DNA of 64,000 nucleotides from the NCBI GenBank assembly GCA_965200085.1, contig OZ241333.1, positions 2,471,961-2,535,960 on the forward strand, read 5' to 3'. The position numbers and the translations under genes are program-made. Shown one piece after another: positions 55,330 through 64,000 of the stretch (position 1 is its first letter; each line of letters begins with the position of its first letter). The notes beneath the pieces were generated by a model, which had not been told where the DNA came from, did not search any database, and was given only the letters and a program-made list of their open reading frames with translations. Origin of the DNA: Dehalococcoidia bacterium (GTDB taxonomy: Bacteria > Chloroflexota > Dehalococcoidia > Lucifugimonadales > JADFKI01).

Positions 55330-56511
55330 TTGCTGCCGTCATTGCTAATTTCAGTACCGGAAGGTGTCATCGATCTAGGTTGGGGACACCCATCTGAGCG
55401 ACTGCACCCTGTCGATACTCTGCGCCGCGCAGCTGAAAGCGTATTATTCTCTGACGGCGTCCCTATCCCTCTTCAATATGGCGCGACACAGGGATATGGA
55501 CCACTGCTGCGCTCGCTCTCTGAATTCCTGTCCAATCAGGAAGGATACGCATCGGAAGTTACGCCCAGCGAACTCTTCCTCACAGCCGGAGCATCACAAG
55601 CAATTGATTTGGCCACTACTTTGTTCACACAAACCGGCGACTACGTATTCGTCGAAGAACCTACCTACTATCTCATACAGAACATATTCGAAGACCATGG
55701 GTTAAATGTCGTAGGTGTTCCCACCGACAGCGATGGGCTGCGAACTGACGCGCTCGAAGCGATGCTGAATACTCCGGATGTTCCGCATCCCAAGTTGTTA
55801 TATGTCATCCCGACGTATCAGAACCCAAGCGGCAGCGTGCTTCCAGCCGATCGACGGCGAAAGTTAGTTGAGCTTGCTCAGCGACACGGATTCCTCATAC
55901 TGGCAGATGAGGTGTATCAACTTCTTCATTATGGTGAACCGCCTCCGCCTCCGATAGCAAATTTTGATAATTCCGAAGAAGGATATGTAGTGTCGTTAGG
56001 CTCTTTTTCGAAAATACTCGCGCCTGGGCTGCGTGTAGGTTGGGCACATACGCGACCTTCGATAATACGACTCTTCAGCAATGCAGGGCTGACGGTTAGT
56101 GGCGGCGGACTGAATCACTTCACATCCACGCTGGTTCACGCCATCTTAGAACAAGGTATGCTTCAAGACAACATCGCACACCTGCGTCGCACTTACAGCG
56201 AGCGCGTGAGCACAATGAGCGCCGCACTGCGGGAATACCTTGGCGACTCGGTTAACTTCACATCGCCCGGCGGCGGATACTTCTTCTGGCTCACATTCAA
56301 CGACGGTACGAACACGGACATGCTGTTGCCCCTGGCACAGGAGCGCGGCGTATCATACCGTCCGGGAACGGCGTTCTCCGCAAACGGCGCATTCGAAAAC
56401 GCCATACGCCTGAGCTTCGCTCTATACGAGCCGGATCTGTTGACGGAGGGAGTGCGGCGTCTGGCGGCGGCGCATGATGATATGATGAACGGGTACACCG
56501 GAGTATGCTAG
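55330..56511 (+). CDS. PLP-dependent aminotransferase, class I/II (PLP fold type I)
   Basis: YVIPTYQNPSG, ILADEVY, SLGSFSKILAPGLRVGW (PLP Lys) and IRLSF motifs. AGGAG lies upstream of the TTG start. Confidence 0.85.
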   Translation: MLPSLLISVPEGVIDLGWGHPSERLHPVDTLRRAAESVLFSDGVPIPLQYGATQGYGPLLRSLSEFLSNQEGYASEVTPSELFLTAGASQAIDLATTLFTQTGDYVFVEEPTYYLIQNIFEDHGLNVVGVPTDSDGLRTDALEAMLNTPDVPHPKLLYVIPTYQNPSGSVLPADRRRKLVELAQRHGFLILADEVYQLLHYGEPPPPPIANFDNSEEGYVVSLGSFSKILAPGLRVGWAHTRPSIIRLFSNAGLTVSGGGLNHFTSTLVHAILEQGMLQDNIAHLRRTYSERVSTMSAALREYLGDSVNFTSPGGGYFFWLTFNDGTNTDMLLPLAQERGVSYRPGTAFSANGAFENAIRLSFALYEPDLLTEGVRRLAAAHDDMMNGYTGVC

Positions 56512-56581
56512 GCGGCAGACAAATCTTGACCGCATGTGCATTAGTATCATTATAGCAGTGGATATCGGATTCCCGTTATCG

Positions 56582-56612
56582 GCGCTCACCTTCCTCTAAC
56601 GTGAGCGCTTTT
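56582..56612 (+). terminator. Intrinsic terminator after the aminotransferase
   Basis: gcgctcac-cttcctctaac-gtgagcgc followed by tttt. Confidence 0.75.
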
Positions 56613-56673
56613 AGTTTGCGCTACTCCCGGCGATTGGGAGAATACATCGCATAACATTCGTCAGGCAGCTAAC

Positions 56674-57132
56674 TTGTGCGCTGTGAAGGAGATGATATGG
56701 CAGCACCTGCCTGAGCAGGCGATGCCTGACCCCTCGCTGAAACTGGTGGACACTCTTCCCGCTTCCTGTCTATCAGTTCGCGCGCATACAGATGTCGGCG
56801 CTTCAGAGGTGAGGGCGACTTCGGGTACAATACACTGCTGCGTCAGACCTTCTATGGCTTTCGTGTGCGCGCTCATTAGCCCGGTGTCATCGACAGCTTC
56901 GCCGTCGCTCCTGCTTGCGTTCACCAAACGGCAGTCGTGCCTGAGTTGGTCTTCGGACGGCAAGGAACCATACTCGGCGATCGAAACTACTGGAGTCCGA
57001 AACTCAAAACCGAGCTGGCCGAACGCGGTATTAATCTGCAAGCTCCATATTGGAACATATACTCCGGTCGCCGGGATTCACTATGCTGTGCGCCTGCTGC
57101 CTTATTCGTATATTGCGCACCGCAAAGAATAA
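56674..57132 (+). pseudogene. IS982-like (IS4/IS5-superfamily DDE) transposase pseudogene, N-terminally truncated, with frameshifts and a stop
   Basis: Pieces in three frames: LKLVDTLP; DFGYNTLLRQTFYGFRVRAH followed by a stop; GVIDSFAVAPACVHQTAVVPELVFGRQGTILGDRNYWSPKLKTELAERGINLQAPY. This is the DSxP...FYGFK...GDKGY...GI.L.TP pattern. Confidence 0.65.
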
Positions 57133-57168
57133 GAATTATATCTCAGAGTGAGCGCTGCCGAGCTTGCA

Positions 57169-57879
57169 TTACTCACCGCGCAGCCGCCTGATTTTCGCTT
57201 CCAGTTCCGCGACACGCGCTTCTGCCGCCTGACGTGCGTCGCGCTCTGCTTCGATTCTGCGCTCTGCTTCAGCCAGCGTGTTCAGCCATCTGCCTGTAGC
57301 GGTGTCTCGCATCTGAAAGCCGGTATGTCCCTGCTCATCCAATCCCCAGCAGAAGTCCACTCCCAATGCCTCACTGCGCTGCCACACCACTCCAGTCTCA
57401 TCCTCATAACGCTCGCACGGCTGATATTCGCCGTCTATGAGCCGCTCACCTGCTAAAGGTTCGCCGTAGTGTTCACCTGCCTTATCGAAACGCCAGTATT
57501 CCTGTGCGCCCATCCGTGCATAGATCCTGCGTTTATCACCCAAATCCCTGCCGGCCGTACTTGCAGAGGCAACCTCTGCTACAAAGGCTGGGGCAACGCC
57601 CCACTCATCAATGCGGTAACTGCGGCGTTCCCGTCGTATAAGATCCACATCCACTCCGAAGACTACATAGCAGTCAGGCGAGACGAAAGAGCCGGGCACA
57701 GCAGAGTTGTAGATGACGTTAGTCTGTCCGGAGACCAGCACATAGGCGTTATCAGAGTATCGAGCAGTGAGAACGCTGAACAGATGCATTATAGTATCGT
57801 CTTGCTGCAAAGCGTCCTCCGGCAGTTCTGGCACTTCCGGTATCAGGTCATACCACGCGACAGTGGTTGTCGTTGCCAT
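57169..57879 (-). CDS. Uma2 family (DUF820) endonuclease-like protein with C-terminal coiled coil, copy 2
   Basis: MATTTTVAWYDLIPEVPE..., PDCYVVFG, FVAEVASAS, EYWRF, and a C-terminus ending AELEAKIRRLRGE. Confidence 0.88.
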   Translation of the reverse strand: MATTTTVAWYDLIPEVPELPEDALQQDDTIMHLFSVLTARYSDNAYVLVSGQTNVIYNSAVPGSFVSPDCYVVFGVDVDLIRRERRSYRIDEWGVAPAFVAEVASASTAGRDLGDKRRIYARMGAQEYWRFDKAGEHYGEPLAGERLIDGEYQPCERYEDETGVVWQRSEALGVDFCWGLDEQGHTGFQMRDTATGRWLNTLAEAERRIEAERDARQAAEARVAELEAKIRRLRGE

Positions 57880-57929
57880 CTTCTATCCTCCACAAATCTA
57901 TGCGCCTCGGTTGCAGCAATAAGCCTGCA

Positions 57930-58712
57930 TTACTCACCGCGCAGCCGCCTAAGTTCGGCTTCAAGTTCCGCAGCTCGCGCTTCTGCCGCTAATCGTGCGT
58001 CCTCTGCCGCTTCCCGCGCATCTTCTGCCACTTCCCGCGCCTTCTCGGCCGATAGTCGCGCTTCCCTTTCCTCATCGAGAAAGTTCAGCCATTCGCCGGT
58101 ATCAGCATCTTGCACACGAAGGCGGCCATAGCCATCTGCGGCTTCCTGCCAGCAGAAGTCTAAGCCTAATAGCTCACTGTGATGCCATACATTACCGTCT
58201 TCGGAAGTATGTACACTGCAGGGTTGATACTTGCCATCCAGAAGACGTTCACCAATTATCGGACTCCCATAGAACTCGCCCCCCAGACCGTCAAAGCGCC
58301 AGTATTCCGGTATTCCTATCTGTTCATACAGTCTGCGCTTGCCATCTAAGTCGTTTTTCGCTGTGCTTTCAGAAGCTACCTCTATCACCACATCAGGCGG
58401 CTTGCCCCACTCAGATATGCGATAACTCCGCTTGGTTCTCTCAAGAAGTCTGGCATCTACTCCGAACGCGATGTAACAGTCAGGAGCTACAATGGAGCCT
58501 GGCGAAGCATCGTTATAGACGATGAAACTTCCACCTGTAACGAGTACATCTTCGCGGTCGTCAAAAATCTGTCCCAGTACCGAGCTTATGTCGCGGATAG
58601 TTCGATATTGTTGCATGCCGTCCTCGGGCGGTTCCGGTTCACCTATAAGGTCATACCAAGGTTTTTCTGTAGCCACGTCGAGCGGAGACACATCCGTTTT
58701 GATTGTGAACAT
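57930..58712 (-). CDS. Uma2 family (DUF820) endonuclease-like protein with C-terminal coiled coil, copy 3
   Basis: PDCYIAFG, VVIEVASES, EYWRF, and a C-terminus ending AELEAELRRLRGE. Confidence 0.88.
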   Translation of the reverse strand: MFTIKTDVSPLDVATEKPWYDLIGEPEPPEDGMQQYRTIRDISSVLGQIFDDREDVLVTGGSFIVYNDASPGSIVAPDCYIAFGVDARLLERTKRSYRISEWGKPPDVVIEVASESTAKNDLDGKRRLYEQIGIPEYWRFDGLGGEFYGSPIIGERLLDGKYQPCSVHTSEDGNVWHHSELLGLDFCWQEAADGYGRLRVQDADTGEWLNFLDEEREARLSAEKAREVAEDAREAAEDARLAAEARAAELEAELRRLRGE

Positions 58713-58763
58713 ATCGAAGCCTCCAATTCAGGTATATAATTCCCTGATTTACATTCAGAACGT

Positions 58764-59498
58764 TCACCCCAGCATTACCTTGATATTCCTCTCAGACGCG
58801 GATTCGCGCACTGCATCGCTGATGCTCTCGCAGAACAGGAACGGAAACACAGCTGCGTCCGGAAACACTTTCTGCACCACTTCTGCGCTCTGCAGTATCC
58901 TGTCTATGTCGTCTTCATCAGCAGTATAAGACGCCTCGGCAACAGCAAACACAGTCGTAGCCGGGTTGTCTTTTAGAATCCCCTGAACAATCAGATCTGT
59001 CACGATCAGACGATCATATTCCCGATCAGATATTATCCCCGCATCATGAGCGTCCCAGGCCGACTCATTAAACACTTCGGACGCGCGATTGTACTCCGCC
59101 AATCTAACGACGCGGGTTCGGCGCATCCTAAGTTCTCTCACAATCAGAGGCAGTAAAGTCCTGTCTATCTCCATTCCGAAAACCCGCCCCTTCAGCCCCG
59201 ATACATCCACCTTCAGCCCTGCAACATCTGTCTTCAGCTCCGCAACATCTGTCTTCAGCTCCGCAACATCCACCTTCAGTTCCGCAACATCTGTCTTCAG
59301 CTCCGCGACATCTGCCTTCAGTTCCGAAATATCGCTTTCAGTTTTGCTTCTGAACTCATCAAATTCAGCTTTGAAAGCAGCAACCACAGCCGGGAGCTCA
59401 AGCAATTCTGCGCTTAGCAGCTCGCGTCTGGCAGCATCCCTGAAATCAGGATTCTCCCGCAAAGCTCTAATGAATTCGTCCGTTGTGTTAATAATCAT
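58764..59498 (-). CDS. Heptad-repeat coiled-coil protein with a C-terminal nuclease-like (possible PD-(D/E)XK) domain, function unknown
   Basis: Seven consecutive heptads (DISELK ADVAELK TDVAELK VDVAELK TDVAELK TDVAGLK VDVSGLK). The C-terminal segment IVTDLIV...FAVAEASYT resembles the D...E-x-S core of the adjacent Uma2 proteins. Confidence 0.6.
   Translation of the reverse strand: MIINTTDEFIRALRENPDFRDAARRELLSAELLELPAVVAAFKAEFDEFRSKTESDISELKADVAELKTDVAELKVDVAELKTDVAELKTDVAGLKVDVSGLKGRVFGMEIDRTLLPLIVRELRMRRTRVVRLAEYNRASEVFNESAWDAHDAGIISDREYDRLIVTDLIVQGILKDNPATTVFAVAEASYTADEDDIDRILQSAEVVQKVFPDAAVFPFLFCESISDAVRESASERNIKVMLG
59190..59336 (-). repeat. Seven tandem 21-bp units (consensus cttcagctccgcaacatctgt on the plus strand) encoding the heptads
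   Basis: Units read directly at 59190, 59211, 59232, 59253, 59274, 59295 and 59316. Confidence 0.9.
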
Positions 59499-59560
59499 GA
59501 ATCCCTACTCTTCCGAAATGTATTTCCACTTAGAATAGTTATTTTCGCCATAAGAAGCCC

Positions 59561-60190
59561 TCACTGCAACACCATTATAGTCTGCCCAGACATCGCTTGG
59601 AATGTAAACGCCGCAAGTATCGAAGTCGAGCATCTGCTGTGCGATACAATTCGACTCCGAATGACACAGAAGCATTTCGTAGTACGCAACCTTTTTTCAG
59701 ACTTATTTACCTTGTTGGCCGGAGTACGCCAGCTGAGTTTGTACCCATCATCAGGTAACGCTCTAAAACTCAAAGAAGATACACCGGCATAGGGAGAATA
59801 TGTAGATAAAATTGCAACCAGAAGCGCCACCATAAACGCCGCTATACAAAAAAATGCTACACACATTACGAACCCTATAGATCGGTCAGATAGTATAAAT
59901 CGGTCAGATAGTTTGTTGTCAGATAGTTTGTTATCAGAAACATCAGCCCTGACCCACTTAGCGCCGAAAAAAATCAAAAGCAAAACAAATAACGGAAGAA
60001 GTCCAAAGAATACTAGAGCTCCGTATGCTGTGAACCAATTCTGTGTAATCTCAACGGACAAGGCAGGGACTTCTTGGAGATGAAGCTCCTCGTCAAAATA
60101 AAGACACTCTTCAACATACGCCGGTGAGTCGCAGGAAATAAGCAGGATTGCCATCAGCGCACAGACTGGTACCGCAAAGAATTTTCTCAT
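59561..60190 (-). CDS. Hypothetical lipoprotein/membrane protein, visibly AT-richer than its neighbours
   Basis: GAGAGGAAA lies upstream of the ATG at 60190. Lipobox-like signal MRKFFAVPVCALMAILLISC, two further TM segments, and an internal SDNKLSDNKLSDRFILSDRS repeat. The C-terminal ~45 aa look non-native, possibly from a frameshift. Confidence 0.45.
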   Translation of the reverse strand: MRKFFAVPVCALMAILLISCDSPAYVEECLYFDEELHLQEVPALSVEITQNWFTAYGALVFFGLLPLFVLLLIFFGAKWVRADVSDNKLSDNKLSDRFILSDRSIGFVMCVAFFCIAAFMVALLVAILSTYSPYAGVSSLSFRALPDDGYKLSWRTPANKVNKSEKRLRTTKCFCVIRSRIVSHSRCSTSILAAFTFQAMSGQTIMVLQ

Positions 60191-60201
60191 GTCATTTCCT
60201 C

Positions 60202-60956
60202 TCACGAGTTCAAAATAGGCATTTGACTCCAAATTCTGTCGTCTAATAAGGCTTCCTGTCCACCGCGTTTACTGCGTACGCCGCCAAGCTGTTTTAGGAA
60301 GAACGGAACACCAGCCTTAATACTCTGATCGCGCAGGCTGCGCGCCCAGTCCAGATGCATAGGGCGTGCGCCGTGCCCACTCTCACCGCCAGCGATAACC
60401 CATTGCAGTGCCCCGTCTTCCAGCCATTGCCTCAAGTCCAATGCACCCAGAAGAGGTTCAGCCGAGACAAAGTGCACGGACGCCGGCAATCTTTCCAGTA
60501 CAGAAATACGCGGCGCGTATTTCTGGTTCTCAACCGATGTGCCAATCCAGATGTTCGGATGCCACTCTTCTGCAAAATGATGACCATTCTCTTCCCACCA
60601 CGCGATAGCTCTCCCAGGTCTTTTTGTTAGAACTTGAAAAACATGTCCACGGGCAGATGCAGCATCGTGCATGGTGCGGAATATCTCAAGAATGAAGTCG
60701 AAAGGCACTCTCGGATGGAATAGATCCGACATACTGTTCACGAAAACATGCCGTGGTTTTTCCACGATATCGGAGTTGTTAGGCGTTCAGGAAGAATACG
60801 TACTTGGCTCGGCGCATCCTCATAGCCCGCAACTCCCATCGCCTTTAGGCGCGGATACATCGAATACATATAGCAATGATCACATCCGGGTGACACACGT
60901 GTGCAGCCAGTTACCGGATTCCAAGTCTCGCCTGCTCACTCTATCGCAGAAGGCAT
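60202..60956 (-). pseudogene. Phage Gp37/Gp68 (DUF5131) family gene inactivated by a TGA at a conserved Trp codon and a 1-nt frameshift
   Basis: From the ATG at 60956 the reading is MPSAIE-stop(TGA 60938-60936)-AGETWNPVTGCTRVSPGCDHCYM...PISW. Then a frame change occurs in the A5 run (plus strand T57-T61 of 607xx) into KPRHVFVNSMSDLFH...VSAEPLLG...WVIAGGESG...FFLKQLGG. Confidence 0.75.
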
Positions 60957-61488
60957 GCTGCTGCTCCCCAGAAAAGTGATTGTAATAAATCGCACAACAG
61001 TTCAAAATAAAAGTATTACACAAATGTTCTGTATAATTTCTAGTGTATCATAATTTTATCAAATAGGAGGATCTGAAATTGCTGAGATAGAGTTTCCATC
61101 TAGGTGGTTGAGGGTAAGATACCTCGTATCTGCAGCAGCGCCAACAGATTGTGTTCACTCCATCCAGCCCCCACTTCCTCCTTTTAGGATTACCAGCGCA
61201 CTGTACCGCTCGCCAGCGCCAGCACATCAAACAGCCATAGGGGGCATTGCCGCGGCATTGTTAATCTCCCTGTTCTTGTTATCTTCCGGATTCGTTCTTT
61301 CTCTTGTGCCAAATCCGCCAGCGACTCATCTAGCACATACAGAGATGTCAATGAGAGATGGGCTTCGGAATGAGGGTGTGGACGGGATTTGGCAACAATA
61401 TAGAACGTGTGAACCAAGATGTCGAAATCTCCGTGATATAATATATCCAATTGCCCAAGTCGTTTGCATTACTCCCCAGGAGTGAACT

Positions 61489-63462
61489 ATGCCTGAGTTT
61501 CAAATTGTGTCCGATTTCAAGCCGACGGGAGATCAGCCGGAGGCGATTACGAAAGCAGTCGCGGGAATCGACGAAGGATTGAAGCACCTGACGCTGATGG
61601 GAGTTACGGGCAGCGGCAAGACGTTCACGATGGCGAATATCATCGAGAAGGTGCAGCGCCCGACACTTGTCATCGCGCACAACAAGACGCTCGCGGCGCA
61701 GCTTGCAACTGAGTTCAAAGAGTTTTTCCCCCACAACGCCGTGGAGTACTTCGTCAGCTACTACGATTATTACCAACCGGAAGCCTATGTGCCGCGTAAC
61801 GACGTTTACATAGAGAAGGACGCAGACATCAACGAAGAGCTGGACAAGCTGCGCCATGCCGCTACACGCGCACTGCTGACACGGAGAGACACGCTCATCG
61901 TCGCTTCCGTCTCATGCATATTCGGCTTGGGCTCGCCTGAAGAGTACCAAAGCTTCGTAGCGTACATACGAAAAGGCGAATTGAGGAGTAGGCGCACGCT
62001 CATACGTCAGCTCGTAGATATGCAGTATGAGCGTAACGACATGGATTTCGCTCGGGGAAACTTCCGAGTTCGCGGCGACACAATGGAGATTTTACCCGCT
62101 TACGAAGAACTTGGGGTTCGCATAGAGTTTTGGGGCGATGAAGTGGAGCGCATAGTTACCGTGGACCCCCTGACCGGCGAGCTGTTGGGAGAGCGCGAAG
62201 ACATAGAGATATATCCTGCAAAGCACTTCGTTACATCCCAGGATAAGATGATTCTTGCAATACAAGACATCGAAGCGGAACTAGAACAGTGCGTAACCGA
62301 TTTGAAGGTACATGGGAAGCTGTTGGAGGCGGAGCGGCTGGAATCGCGCACACGCTACGACATTGAAATGATGCAGGAAACGGGTTACTGCTCCGGCGTG
62401 GAAAACTACTCGCGACACATTGCGCGCCGTGCGCCCGGAAGCACACCCTACACGCTGATGGACTACTTCCCGGAGGATTATCTGCTGTTTGTGGATGAGT
62501 CGCACATGACGTTGCCGCAGGTGCGCGGGATGTTTAGAGGCGACCGTTCGCGCAAGGAGACGCTGGTAGAGTTCGGGTTCAGGTTGCCTTCTGCTCTGGA
62601 CAACAGACCGCTGAACTTCGAGGAGTTCGAGGAGCATGTGAACCAGGCAGTCTATGTGTCCGCTACACCGGGTCCTTACGAGCACGAGCACACCCAGAGC
62701 TTGATAGAGCAGGTAATTCGCCCCACAGGACTTCTAGATCCTGTGGTAGAGGTGAAGCCGACCGAGGGACAGATAGACGACTTGCTCTTTCAGATACGCC
62801 AGCGCGTAGCAAAAGGACAGCGCTGTCTGATTACCACGCTGACAAAGAGAATGGCTGAGGAACTTTCCGACTACCTGCGCGAGATGGGGGTGAAGGTCCA
62901 CTACTTGCACTCGGAAATAGACACGCTGGAACGCAGCGAGATACTGCGAGATTTACGGCTGGGTGTCTATGATGTAGTGGTGGGTATCAACCTGCTGCGA
63001 GAAGGGATAGACCTGCCGGAAGTAAGTTTCGTCGCCATACTAGACGCAGACAAGGAAGGCTACCTGCGCTCACTAACGGCGCTGGTGCAGACGATAGGCA
63101 GAGCGGCGCGTCATGTGGAAGGAAGCGTCATCATGTACGCTGATGTCGTTACAGACTCCATGAAGCGGGCAATCGAAGAGACGGAACGGCGGCGCACGAT
63201 ACAGGAGGCATACAACCGCGAGCACGGCATTACGCCCCGAGGAATACGCAAAGATGTGCGAGACATTACCGAGCGCGTGAAAGCGGTAGCGGAGACCGCA
63301 ACCCCATACATAACACACAGCGATATACCCAAAGACGACCTGACACGGCTAATCAAAGATTTGGAAACCCAGATGAAGGCAGCATCTCGTGCGTTGGAGT
63401 TCGAGAAGGCTGCGCTGCTGCGCGACCAGATTATAGACCTGCGGAAAGTAATGGCAGGGTAG
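61489..63462 (+). CDS. uvrB: Excinuclease ABC subunit B
   Basis: GVTGSGKT (Walker A), [16 protein letters not shown], helicase motifs, and the C-terminal UVR domain [11 protein letters not shown]. Confidence 0.95.
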   Translation: MPEFQIVSDFKPTGDQPEAITKAVAGIDEGLKHLTLMGVTGSGKTFTMANIIEKVQRPTLVIAHNKTLAAQLATEFKEFFPHNAVEYFVSYYDYYQPEAYVPRNDVYIEKDADINEELDKLRHAATRALLTRRDTLIVASVSCIFGLGSPEEYQSFVAYIRKGELRSRRTLIRQLVDMQYERNDMDFARGNFRVRGDTMEILPAYEELGVRIEFWGDEVERIVTVDPLTGELLGEREDIEIYPAKHFVTSQDKMILAIQDIEAELEQCVTDLKVHGKLLEAERLESRTRYDIEMMQETGYCSGVENYSRHIARRAPGSTPYTLMDYFPEDYLLFVDESHMTLPQVRGMFRGDRSRKETLVEFGFRLPSALDNRPLNFEEFEEHVNQAVYVSATPGPYEHEHTQSLIEQVIRPTGLLDPVVEVKPTEGQIDDLLFQIRQRVAKGQRCLITTLTKRMAEELSDYLREMGVKVHYLHSEIDTLERSEILRDLRLGVYDVVVGINLLREGIDLPEVSFVAILDADKEGYLRSLTALVQTIGRAARHVEGSVIMYADVVTDSMKRAIEETERRRTIQEAYNREHGITPRGIRKDVRDITERVKAVAETATPYITHSDIPKDDLTRLIKDLETQMKAASRALEFEKAALLRDQIIDLRKVMAG

Positions 63463-63531
63463 ATGATACCAACGCTCAGCTATTTCCCCTGACTTATCAT
63501 CTAGGTATTTCCATATTCGGAGCAATCCACC

Positions 63532-64000
63532 ATGACCACAAAACCAACCACCATCACACAGAAACCGCGCACTCGTGAGCGCTTCCCGGACTTCCCTCCT
63601 CGCGACGATATGCAAAACTACCTTCACCTTTACAGACGATCCATCATCTCTTCACTCATAATCCACTTCGGCAACTCGGACACAACACTAATCGCCAGCG
63701 AAATACCCGTAGCCCCCAGCTTGAGCAACAGAAGCGATCTGCGCATCCCGGATATGATTGTCGTCTTCGACTGCGATGTGGAGGACATCATAGACTGTAA
63801 TGGCTATGCGATAGACGAAAATGGCAAGCCGCCGGACTTAGCGCTGGAAGTAGCGTCTCGCACGACAGGGAAGATAGACTACACAGACAAGCGCAAGGAC
63901 TATGAGCGTTATGGGATATCGGAGTACTGGAGATTTGACGACACAGGAGGACGTCATCACGATACTTCTTTGGCAGGAGACAGGTTAGTGGATGGGGAGT
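63532..64000 (+). CDS. Uma2 family (DUF820) endonuclease-like protein, copy 4 (3' end outside the window)
   Basis: The ATG at 63532 opens a frame that stays open to the window edge. Motifs IPDMIVVFD, LALEVASRTT and SEYWRFD. It is absent from the ORF track because no stop is reached. Confidence 0.8.
   Translation, partial: MTTKPTTITQKPRTRERFPDFPPRDDMQNYLHLYRRSIISSLIIHFGNSDTTLIASEIPVAPSLSNRSDLRIPDMIVVFDCDVEDIIDCNGYAIDENGKPPDLALEVASRTTGKIDYTDKRKDYERYGISEYWRFDDTGGRHHDTSLAGDRLVDGE

Noticed and set aside
60936-60938. In-frame TGA at a conserved Trp position, as possible evidence for TGA=Trp recoding or selenocysteine.
   Set aside because: Other confident genes in the window terminate at TGA. No SECIS-like hairpin is evident, the position is Trp rather than Cys in the family, and the same gene also carries a frameshift. 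A pseudogene is the simpler reading.

Overview
Gene-dense, moderately GC-rich bacterial chromosomal window. Gene content (T-box-controlled trp operon, many Uma2/DUF820 paralogs, repeated family-III CoA-transferase and HpcH/HpaI aldolase paralogs, a eukaryote-like LRR surface protein) suggests Chloroflexota, possibly SAR202-like or sponge-associated. That taxonomic guess cannot be verified here. Housekeeping content: pyk, cysS (fused to a GT2 domain), metG, rsmI, a polyprenyl synthase, a T-box leader followed by trpS-trpE-trpG-trpD-trpC-trpF, uvrB, two tRNA-Ser genes and a type-A RNase P RNA. Metabolic content: two tandem DSD1-like PLP enzymes; a minus-strand CoA-transferase / ThDP enzyme / CoA-transferase / MaoC hydratase cluster facing two tandem HpcH aldolases; a fused EtfB-EtfA with a CDGSH protein and a ZAS anti-sigma; plus amidase, amidohydrolase, alcohol dehydrogenase, MBL hydrolase, SDR and aminotransferase genes. 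Accessory content: a 1567-aa secreted protein with three plant-type LRR cassettes, FN3-like domains, PT/(TA)n linkers and a cadherin-like end; four Uma2 endonuclease-like paralogs with a conserved C-terminal coiled coil; a ~4.9 kb island at 56.6-61.5 kb (IS982-like pseudogene, 2 Uma2, a heptad-repeat nuclease-like protein, an AT-rich lipoprotein, a DUF5131 pseudogene); an IS1 remnant; a stand-alone HEPN-like gene after trpF; and a large-serine-recombinase homolog that appears to have lost its catalytic residues and sits between a DUF164 zinc-ribbon gene and rnpB. No CRISPR array, rRNA or intact transposon was seen. All homology calls come from reading motifs by eye. No searches were run.
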